Below, one piece after another: positions 50,002 through 60,881 of a stretch of DNA of 64,000 nucleotides (position 1 is the stretch's first letter; every line of letters starts with the position of its first letter). Location: the NCBI GenBank assembly GCA_973895155.1, contig OZ316895.1, positions 19,978,803 to 20,042,802 of the forward strand. The letters run 5' to 3'. The position numbers and the translations under genes were made by a program. The notes beneath the pieces are model-generated. The model did no database searches and had not been told where the DNA came from. It saw nothing but the letters and a program-made list of their open reading frames with translations. This DNA comes from Marsupella aquatica (lineage: Eukaryota > Plantae > Marchantiophyta).

Positions 50002-52339
50002 ATTCTTGCAAGGTACTTGTTTGTCCTCACCTCTATTTCCATTTAAGGAACAGGTAATCAGGCTAGTGGTGGGAAAGGAAACAAAGGGGAGAATACTTGG
50101 AAGTTTGTGAGTAATTAACAGCGATAAGCTAACCACTTGGTCAGCTCAGGTGGCTTGGGGTAACTTGTCTCAAGTTCAATTCCTCTTAGTGTGTCTCTTA
50201 CAATCGGTTCTGCTCTGACTGTAAAATAGTAGGTTTACCATCTTAGAAGGGTGTTCAATGTGTATTGTGCCACAGGCACTTGTGGTAGTTATAGGAATTA
50301 CATGAAAAATAAATAAACCAGGGGTTTCACTTGCCTATAAGTGCAGTTCACTTTTAAGAAAACTTAAATAGCAATAAGCTATAGCTAGCATGTGAATTGT
50401 CACACTGAGGTCAAAAACATTGTCAAGTTGCAACCATGATCTCTTTTATTCCTTGGTTTTTTAGATCTTGAAAACCAACCATTCCAAAGCTTATGGCAAT
50501 CTTACTTGGTCTACCTCAAGCGAGAATTGATAATCCTTTCCCTGGTTACCTTTCCAGAATGTCAAACAATCAATTGCACTCCTTCAGGATCTAGAATTAC
50601 AAATGAATGTGAGGGAACACTTTTCATTTCATTAACTTTTTTGTTACATATGAATGTTTTAGAACACGCAGAATCTCGGGTGGGTACTGGATTCCATTTA
50701 GTGTTGCCTGGTGATGCTCGTTCCCTGGCCTTAAGCTGTTTGGAGTTTGGTTGAGGGTCCTTTTCCTGGGCCTCCTTCTGACCTGTTGTGTGGTGGTGGC
50801 CACCATGAGTCAGGTTCTCTTGGACTGGTCTCGTGTATTGCTGTTTACTTATCAATAAAAGTTCTTTCAACACAAAAACAGAACCAAACACTTCTAACCT
50901 TGGATATGGGGGACTGAAAGTTTTCCCTAAGACTGATGACTGAACTCTTTTATTCCTCTGAGAGGATTCAATCGAGACCTTGACATAAATCAGTACAAGA
51001 TCAATATCTCTGCATTGATTGACTTAGTTATACCTCTTACACAGCAAGTGAATTTTTAAGTACTTAAGAATCCTTGAAGGAAAACAAAGTGAGTGCTCAT
51101 CTTCTAAAGGGTACCTACTGTAAGGTTTCCTTTTCATACCGTCTTCCAGTGAGCACAGGGCCTGTGTTCAGAACGAGCTTCAGAAATCGAAATTCTATTC
51201 CGCGCAGAGCCCGGGCATTTCAACAAGAAGTCTCAATTTCAATTCAGAAACAACATTTGAATCGAAGCAGACTTTCAGACGTAGACATTCGTTCTTAGCC
51301 CAACGCTGAAAACAATGTCTCATATGTGTCTGCATTCAGTGTGCCACCTGCTTTGAGGATCACGGTCGTGGTAATATTTTGGGTGTGAAATAAACCAGAG
51401 GGAGACATGTTCGCATACGTTGGGAGTGTCATCTATGATGCTGTCAAATTAAATTTCTTTAACTCAAGAGCGGCAAGAGCAAATTTCCACAAGATTGCCA
51501 AAGAAAACGCACTGTTCCAAGGCAACTAAGGTGCAGCAAATATAAAAATCTGTCAATAAAAACAAAGTATTCACATCGTCACAATGAACTTAGGGCTACC
51601 AACCGCGCCATCAGCAATTCCTCGCCAATTCATTTCCTGCTTACTGCACATCACTACAATCTTTCCGGGACTGTAAATTTCTGCAATTGGGGGTCCGGGT
51701 ACTTAAGCATTTGTGACAACCACAATCAATGACATAGATCTCATTGTTTCCTAGAAGTCGATCCCTTCTTTTACGCAGCAAATCATACATCTTACAAGGC
51801 TTCGTCAGATGCTTCTAATTTCCATTCAGATATTGTGGACTCGTGGAGAACCACCAAGTCCGGATTGCCACTTTTAAGATCATTTTCTCGACTGACTTTG
51901 TGTGCGAGATTGCATTAAACGAGACACAAAATTTTCTTGTGAGAATTTAGACCGACAGCCAATTTCCATTCATCCCCAGGATTTCTTTCCCATTGCACAC
52001 ACCTGTGTGCGAAAATATAACCTCTCCTCGAAGTCTAAGTGAACAAATTAAGTGCAGATATACCCTCACTCTCACGAACAATCTCTCAAATCCTATTACA
52101 AAGTTTGCTACAGCTCTAGGAAGTTTGCTACAATTCAACAAATCCAAGTTGTTAGTCCCACGCCAGAGAAGTTTTGTAAAACGACAATTCACCCACAGCC
52201 TTCTGAGCTCTCAAGTGCTCGCGCTCTGCCCAGTCCTTTCTGCAAACATTTGTTAGATAAGCCTCACATCTTGCTCATTGCCTGCAACTAAAATAAGTCG
52301 TTGGGAACCTCAAAAACTAATTAGAGTGGTGCAGATGAC

Positions 52340-52489
52340 TGCGGCAACCAGCAAATGGATACAAATGCCGATCTGACCACCTTGCCTCCTGCGGCAACCA
52401 GCAAGTGGATAAAAATGCCGATCTGACCACCTTGCCTCCTGCGGCAACCAGCAAGTGGATAAAAATGCCGATCTGACCACCTTGTCTCC
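52340..52489. repeat. 50-bp tandem repeat x3, near-perfect
   Basis: tgcggcaaccagcaa(a/g)tggata(c/a)aaatgccgatctgaccaccttgcctcc at 52340, 52390 and 52440. Confidence 0.95.
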
Positions 52490-53814
52490 TGGTGCCGACA
52501 TGAGAATCAACCTAGAGGTGGGACGGGAGTCATTCCAGCAGCTCAGTGCCTTCCAGGCATCAACATAAGGTTAAAGCTATTTATCGGTCCGGTTGCAATA
52601 TTGATTGAAAAGCCCCGAACACAGCTCAGTTCTCTGGGGAGAAGGAGGGTCTGGTGGTTTTGCATTGCTTTTTGCATTAGCCAGGTTTTGCCGGGGGTTT
52701 TCCTTGCAGAACTAGGAGAAAGCAAGAAGTAGAGAGCCTTGGAATTATTCAAACCTCAAAACTGTTGTCCAGCCTGCAGAGTCCTCGAGTTGGCTTGTTC
52801 GACCCACTAAGATGTCCCCTGCCGTCTCCGATATTGAACAATTGAAAGTACACAGGAGGGCCCTGCCATCTCATTAATAAAAGAAACACAAATGGTTAAG
52901 AAGCTCTTCCCTTTAGCAGCATCCTGCCATGCCATCTCCGAAACCAATGTGACAAGAAACACAAACGATTAAGAAGCTCTCCTCCTAATCGAACGAGCAA
53001 CACGCCCAACTAGTAGCATTCCGAACAAGCAGTCCCCTGAAAGAAAAGCATCTTGAACGAGTAGCATCACGCACATCCACTCAAACTAACAGCCCGATCT
53101 CACCTCCTTCATCGCCTGCCACCTCGCAGGCTCAAATTGAGTTTACTATTCGTACTCAGTATCTACCAGAATATCTCCTCAAACGTTTAATTAATAAATA
53201 CTAGAGGGCTCTGTAAGAAAGACAACGGCTAATCGATCATAGCAGTATATGATTCTCATATAGCACAACTGATCTATTATCAATCCTTCAGGTAGGATAC
53301 GGCACAGCTAATCCACCACCACCACAATTCAGTGACTAGTGACTGCTGAATGCACATATCGTGATATACCTTCATCTGGTGATATCCTGCAGCTCGTTTT
53401 GAACAGTTCCGAGTGCAAGATTCCAGTGGGGCTATTAGGAGGATGCTCTCCCAGCGGAGCTAATAGGACTCTACACATGAGTTTTGATTATATCCCAACT
53501 ACCCTGATAGAGATGACGACCAAAATAGATCTTGCAAAAAAAAGAATTATATGCTATCTCCAGCTTGTATTTGCCTCATCCCCATTTTTTGTTCACCCTC
53601 ACTTTGTCCTTATTTTTGAGTCTAGCTTTGTCTTTATATGGAGTTGCGGTTTAGAGGCTTCACTCTAGACCCTAGCCCTCGAAAGTAGCTTATGTTCGCG
53701 ATCTACTAGTCAGATACTCAATTCCCTTCAACAATGTTAACTAGTTCAGACCATTTGCTCACAAATATTGGACAGGAGGAAATCTACTCTTCCCCAAAAT
53801 CTTTACCCTCGGAA

Positions 53815-53905
53815 TTCTCAAATGACCCCAGTAGAGAACTTCAAAATCTCCCAAAAACAATACCCTCAAGGTCCTCAAATGACCCCAGTAGGCAACTTCA
53901 AAATC
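53815..53905. repeat. Short direct duplication with ~57-bp period
   Basis: ctcaaatgaccccagtag..aacttcaaaatc x2. Confidence 0.8.
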
Positions 53906-55141
53906 AGCAGTGCAATGTCCAGCCCATTAGTGGCAGCTTCAACTTAAACCTAAAATGTAACACTATTGTGCATGTCTGGCACGTCTGTAGCCACTGAGCA
54001 CTCAGCAAGTTCTTCCAACTCTTGCAACACCGCAAAATTGGACGAATAGTTCATCGACCCCCTCTAGTATTATTGGTAACTTCTAGATAAAGTGACTTGC
54101 TAACCCTAGGGTGGCTTAAGATGACAGTCATAGTCTGAGTGTGTGTTCTTTGAACATAAACAGAGGTGACGACATTCAAGCCCGCTACATCATTTCCAGA
54201 GATTCACCTTGCCCCCAATCCCCCAATCCCCATCTTCCAATTGCACCCCTAACTTCAGTTATTTTTTAGCCATGGTCCACATGCTTCACTCTAGACCGTA
54301 TGCAATGAAGATTAGCTTTTGATCGATTGCGACTAAGTCAGATTGATGTGTAAGATATGTATGAGTGCCATCCCTTGAGGGAGGTTTTCAAACATTCCGC
54401 TTGCTGCAGGTTTAGTCCTAGTGCTCACTTTGGATCTGCCCGTCCCCACCCACGCAAGTCTCACGCAAGGTCCGCACTGAGGTCTCATTGAATCAGGCTT
54501 GCTAACACTTAAATAAGGCAGTTCTTAAGTGTGTCAAATTGCCTCACAGTTTAAGTTGGTTCACAAGATTTTTAGGAATACCGGGTAACCTGTTGGTTCC
54601 CTTGCGCTTCATTATTTCACCATTAGTTGCCCCATGTAAGCAACTTGGTGTCACCTGCTCATCAAACTATGTGCATGAAAAATACATCTTTTTCTTCCCT
54701 AAAATTGTTTGTACTATATTATTGGGATGTGGAGGGACGCTATTTGGATTGTTGCTCACACATAGGAATGAGTATGCTTGTTTTTGCTCCCGGAGATGTA
54801 GTTTTTTAATCAATTTAATGACTACTCCACCCCATGGCTTTTAATCAAGTCCTGCGGACCACCCCACACATTCTCTCTTTCTGATCTATGGGTGAATGTT
54901 GTCACCACTTTCCCACTTCTTCTACACAACCCACCATGCCAAAATTATGAAGTTGTAGTGTGTAGTGAAATTTGTTAGCCACAAAGATACACTAGGGGAA
55001 CGGAAGCTCAAAATATTGATCACAAAAGAACCACACGTACAAAGTTTTAACTGTAAAACCGAATCCATATCTCTTGATGCAAAAAGTGTGCACACTACAA
55101 AGACAACCCAACCTCTTGTTGTGCTTCTAACACCTACACCG

Positions 55142-55276
55142 ACACTGAGGACACAACCATGATCCACTAGGAATCACCTGCAATGATGGTGTCAAACATG
55201 ACATGTGCCATCCTCTAGAACATTTATCACAAATCAACATAGTAGTTGTTCCCTAAGCAGATCCACACAACATACA
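55142..55276 (-). pseudogene. PHD finger (C4HC3) at the C-terminus of the gypsy integrase
   Basis: Reading through one TAG gives CMLCGSA*GTTTMLICDKCSRGWHMSCLTPSLQVIPSGSWLCPQC, in the integrase frame, with a terminal stop at 55127-55129. Confidence 0.9.
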
Positions 55277-55279
55277 TTT

Positions 55280-56500
55280 CAAGCCAGCACGAACATGTGC
55301 CAAGCTTGGATCTATTGTACCATCAATGTTGGGAAGGTGACATGGTGCACAGTTGCGCACATGATCCTTCCAAACCATACCATTGCGTCCCTCCAACATC
55401 AGGACACCAGAAGGCAACACTTCACGCACATGTAAGATTGTCCGGCCTGCGGTCACATCAAGTGTCGTGGGTGCTGTCTACTGCAAATAAACATAATCAC
55501 CAGGATGAAATCGTTGAATGCTTGCACGATAACCTCCTCCACAAATAGTGGCATACCTCAAAGTATCACGATGTTGGGCAATGGCAAGGTTGTCAAAATC
55601 CATGGGCATCACTCTCTGAAATACCCGTGCTGTCTCTGAACACACCTTGACCCAAACATCAGGATCATCCAAGTTCACAACTAGTGCAGCATCACGACGA
55701 ATAGCTGCTGGCAAATCTGGCTCTCTACCATAGAGCAAAAAGTAAGGTGAGAAGGATGCAAGTGATGCTTGCCGACTGAAATGGTAGCCCATCGCTAACC
55801 AAGGTAGCTAGAGATCCCAATCTCCCAAATGACCAACCTACAAGCCATACTTACGCAATCATCTCTTCACAGTTTGCACAACTCTCTCAGCTAATCCATC
55901 TGCCTCAGGATGATCACGAGAGGTAGTACGATGATCAATCAGAGCTTGTTCACACAAACTCCTAAACTCTCCACGGAACTCAGTTCCCTGATCAGTCAAC
56001 ACCTCAGCTGGTGCTCCAAAATGACTGAGTACGCGATCCAAAAATGTAGTAGCAACTCCTCCATTGGCTTTATCTGGCAATGCCACTAGCTCAATCCACT
56101 TGGAGAAATGCTCCACCATGACCAAAACATACCGATTATGGCGTTGGGTAAGAGGTAATGGACCAGCAAAATCCAAACTCCAACGATATCCCAAACCCTT
56201 GATCGGTAACGGGTGCAACTGGGGAGTGGGAGCATTAAATGATGCTCTCACTCTATCACATACCACACACTTAGCTATCAACTGTTGGACATGAGTGTGC
56301 ATACCACACCACCAATACTATGTCTGCAGCAAGCTATAAGTGCGCTTCACACCAAAGTGACCCAACTCCTCGTGTGCATGTCGCACCAAATGTACTCGTT
56401 GTGATGGTTTTGGTACCACCAACACACTACCATCATGCAGTACTCTCAAAAGATAGTTTCCCTCCCATCGAAACCTCTTGGCTCTCTATAGAACCCTGTC
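55280..56500 (-). pseudogene. Gypsy integrase (H2C2 zinc finger, DDE core, C-terminal region)
   Basis: HEELGHFG...CVVCDR, WSLDFAGPLP, VMVEHFSKW, VLTDQGTEF, HPEADGLAER, FSPYFLLYGREP, F.PGDYVYL. Confidence 0.93.
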
Positions 56501-56758
56501 ACGTTCTTTGGCATCAACACTGCCAACAATAGAACCACTGCGCAGATATTCCAACACTCTCACATCATTGTGAATATCTTGCTGTCCAGAAGTTACCTCA
56601 CCAACATCCACATTTGAAGACTCATCATCCACTCCATCCAATGAGGTAGAGTCCATAGATCCACTGTATGCTCGCACCCAACAAAGAAAGGTAGATGCAT
56701 GCCATCCTGGCACCATCTCCTTATCTGACTCATCATGCCATCTGGCTCCAGTCTCATC

Positions 56759-58207
56759 CTATTGACTGGTACATGGATTGCGGCTTAATCCATCTGCATC
56801 CAAGTTCACTTTTCCAGGCCTATGCACCACCTGGAAATCATACTCCTGTAACAACAATGCCCATCGTGCAAGCTTCCTTGTAAGCTTGTCAGACTCCATT
56901 AACCACTTAAGAGGCTGATGATCAGTGATCAAGGTGAAGGGATTACCAAACAAGTAGCAATGAAAGTGTGCAACAGCCCACATTGCTGCCAAACACTCTC
57001 CCTCATAAGAGCTATACTTAGCCTCTACTGAATTGTTTGATCTACTGGCATAAGCCACAACAAACTCATTCCCCTCATCATCCTTGTGAGTCAACACTGC
57101 TCCAAGTCCTACTCCACTCCAATCAGTGTGTAGCTAAAATGGTCTGCCTGAAATGGGTCTTCTCAAAATAGGGGATGATGCCAACCTTTGCTTCAACTCT
57201 TGAAAGGCATGCTCCTAGTCATCACCCCAAATCCATTCCTGATCCAACTTAGTGAGTATGGTCAAAGGTTTAGCAAGCTGGCTAAATCCTTTAACATACC
57301 TCTTGTAGTAGCTCGCCAATCCCAAGAATGCACAAACTCTACTCACATTAGTAGGACAAGGAATCTGTGTAATGGCCTCCACTTTAGTCTGTTGTACACC
57401 CAATCCCCCTGGGTATATAGTGTGGCCCAAATACTCAATCTGGTCTTGGAAGAATTTACACTTGCTAAAATGGAGCCCATGTGCTCTCAATCTTTCCACC
57501 ACAATCTGCAAGTGTTGTTGATGTTCTTCCACAGTAGAAGAATAGACCAAAATATCATCAATATAACATCTGACAAAATCCAAACCTGCAAGGATTTGAT
57601 CCATGACTCTCTGGAACTCAGCTGGTGCATTCTTCAACCCAAATGATAAGAATAACCACTGATACAAATGATCTTTGCCATAAGAATCAATCCCCCAAAA
57701 TGTTGTCTTGGACCTGTCAGCATGCCTAATTGGAAGCTAATGGTACCCTACCCTCAGATCCAATGAACTGAAAACCTTTGCATGCCCCACAACATCAAAG
57801 ATCTCCTCAGGTGTGGGCATGTCATATCTATCAGATTTTGTCTGGCGATTAATGGGTCTATAATCACCACACATGCGCCTATCTGTGTAATTGCCATGCA
57901 CATCCTTCCTGGCTGGCAGCACTGTGGCAGATGCATACTCCCCATATGAAATCTCCACCAATCCAGCCTCCAACAAATCTTGAGTTATGCTTTGAATCAG
58001 AGCTCTCTCCATATCACTGTAATGGTATGGCCTATGAAAGATTGGCGCATCACTAGCCAATTCAATCTGAATACCAATACCCTTTAATGTCCCCAAATCC
58101 TTCATGCTAAATGCAAAACAATTCCAGTAACTCTTCAAGAATCGATGCATGCGACGTCTCTCCTCCCTTGTCAACTTAGGGCCAAGCTGTGGTTCCCAAC
58201 TCTCCAC
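56759..58207 (-). pseudogene. Gypsy reverse transcriptase and RNase H
   Basis: YIDDILVYS, KCKFFQDQIEYLGH, FLGLASYY, PF*LHTDWS, VAYASR, EGECLA..WAV, TDHQPLKWL, HRPGK.N.DADGLSR. Confidence 0.95.
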
Positions 58208-58439
58208 TAAATCCCTAATATCTCTTTGTAGGGTAGAAGAGATAGCCGATGATTGCTATTTAGCAGTAGATTGAGCAGTCCCTTCCTACTCAACAATCTG
58301 TCCAGCCTTGACCAATCCTGCCATAGGTCCATGGACCGTCTGCTCACCCCCAACTGTGGTCAGTACTATCTTAGTGGACCGCAAGCTCACCAAGGGACAA
58401 TCAGTAATTCTAGCAGAGCACATCCACAACTGTTTAGCT

Positions 58440-59400
58440 ACTCCCAAGCTGATAATCCAAGTCAAACAATTCAAATCCATTGCTTGACCAAGAACCTGGC
58501 GCCGCAAATCCTATGACACAGAGGCAACTGCAGTGGTGCTAGTCAAAAATCCCATAGCACGCTCCCTCTCATCAGCAATAGGCTCCACTAACTGTCAGAG
58601 AGTTGTGTCCCACACAAGTCCAGGGCCACCTGCTTTGAATGCATATGAAGCAGAGTGGCTTACAAGAGTGGGTAATGCACAACATGGGCGTCCAACTACA
58701 TTGACCACTGCCAATGGAGTCTATCAGGTTGGGTCACACCCTGTGCACGACGCCCTAGATGCAAAATATCATCCACCACTAAAGCTAGTGAGCGTGGAAT
58801 GTTGTCAAATGCACGCTTCAGCACCTCACATGGGATCAAATTAGTCCACCACAAGCCTAGACGATGTGCATGAGAACCCACACGTGCAACATCCAATAAC
58901 ACAACAGGTCCAATCCAAGACCTCACCTGGTGAACACTGGCAACAATCCGACTATGATCATCACCTAACAATGGCACATTCTCCAAAATGTATGTTGGAG
59001 ACTATGTCTGATGTAGCTAGAGATGACGCAGCACCCGGAACATCTCCCAAAATAATACAGAGCGTGGATCATGAAAGCCATTCCCAACGCCAGCTCTAGA
59101 TTGGCCCTGACATGGCCAACCAGCAATCACCAAATCAATGGGGCCAACACAATGCAGATGATCCGCCCCCAGCAATGAAATATCAGCAGGTAGTGCATGC
59201 TGATAACCACGAACAGCATCCACTGGCAGCAACTGTGGATATCTATCCACCAGCATAGCCACATGTTGCAATGAGACCCTCCGTGCTGTCTCATCTGTCA
59301 CCACATACAAATAACGATGCACAGGAATTTTTGCCTGAAGAACAGCAGCCAATCCAGTGTTAATCCCACCAAAAAGATCCAATAAATAAATATCCTCCGG
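58440..59400 (-). pseudogene. C5 cytosine DNA methyltransferase domain (DNMT3-like) inside the gypsy polyprotein
   Basis: Motif I LLDLFGGI (~59370), IV IDLVIAGWPCQGQSRAG (PCQ at 59107-59115), PRSVLFWE, VI ILENV (~58980), VIII SHAHRLGLWWTNL, IX EPIADERERAMGF, X RRQVLGQAMDLNCLTWI. No introns; four stops and one frameshift near 58715. Confidence 0.9.
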
Positions 59401-59759
59401 TGGATACTGCCAAGCAATAGGAGTGGTATCCAATGGTGAAAGAGTCACAGGTCCATCTGCAAGAGACCTCTCTACTCCTGACTGTGGTGTAAAAGCATGA
59501 CGCCATGCATCATGTACCAATTGTGCTACTGCCTGTGGCAAGGCCTATGCAGTGCCCCACACTGGTGGCACAACACTGCCAATAGGTAATCCCCGCATGA
59601 TGTGCTCCTCATGAGACTCCTCCAATGGTGGAACATCTACTGCATGCGCATTACCCTCAATCAAATCATCAGGTCCAGTAATTACACCACTGAATGCTAC
59701 CAAAGACAATGGTGTGGATTTAGGACCTCCCATAGGTCCACTAAATCTCACTGGCAATT

Positions 59760-60180
59760 TGCTCAATCGAGCATCTCCTGACTGCCAATCAGGTCTATAT
59801 GACACTGATTCCTCCCAAAAATCAAGAATAAATCCCATGGGGTAGAGCACTGTACATCCCACCAACACATCATATGACTTTGCCTTAGTCATAATAACTT
59901 GCGCCTATATTTGTGAGCTATCTATGGTATGACCTTCCCGAATCCTCAAATCAAAAGGTCTCCTAGTAATGTGTTGTGTAGGTGTAGGTCCCCCCAATGA
60001 AGTCTGAATGGGAAAGGGACAATCCTCCAAATCCTCTGGACGCAATCCCAATCCACGTATGGCAGACTTACCCAACATCAAGGGCTGAGCACCAGTATCC
60101 AGTAACACTCTCTCTGGCTGGTATACTGCCCCAGAAGGCCCAACTAATCGGAAGATACCACTCCGATTATCCAATGACAC
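59760..60180 (-). pseudogene. Retropepsin-type aspartic protease of the gypsy element
   Basis: Catalytic motif RVLLDTGAQPLMLG and downstream YDVLVG..L in the same frame. Confidence 0.85.
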
Positions 60181-60881
60181 AACACTAGGTTTAAACCTAG
60201 TCCTCTCAAATGCAGGGCGTGCTGGTAAATCCACCAACCTCGCTGCTGCATCCCATGTCTCACTAGTAGCAGTAGGCGGCATGGTCTTCACTGCTTCAAC
60301 ACTGCAAGCTGCTTTTGCATGGGAAGCAACCACTGAAGGTGCCCTCAAAGAGTGTAGCTGCCAATCTGAACACTTCTGCAGGACCAACTCCCAAGTTCAA
60401 CATGTCTGTCGCTGAAAATAATGGGGTGCGTACCATGGCAGTAGCCGCCCCCAGCAAGGTACCTGTCATCCTTGCTGCATCACTACCTGATTCTGCCAAC
60501 TTACCCACGCCAGGGTTTGTCCGAACCGGGTTCATAGAGGCAGTCTGAACTGTCTCTGACAATGTAAAAGATTGAGGAAGCTTTGTTTGCCGACGTGCAT
60601 CCCCCTCTGTGGATCTAACTCCACTAGTGCTCCTCGGGGCTCAAGAGCTTTGGCTGCCCCACATGTCAAACCTGCTAATGCATCAATATGTGTAGTGCCA
60701 CACATGAATCCCATGGTGGCAAGGTCTCCATCAGCTCCATAAGATGTGGAAGGACCATGGGATGTAGAAGGTCCATAGGATGTAGATGCCCCATCACCAG
60801 AAGTAGGTCTCACCTGGGAACTAGCCATGGCAGCTAGTTGTTGCTCCAATTGAGCAATCTTAGCATCCTTTGGATCTATGG

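Noticed and set aside
58440-59400. Independent host DNMT/DRM gene that happens to lie inside a transposon
   Set aside because: There are no introns and no separate start or promoter, motif order is not permuted as in DRM, and both ends are in frame with the flanking protease and RT segments.
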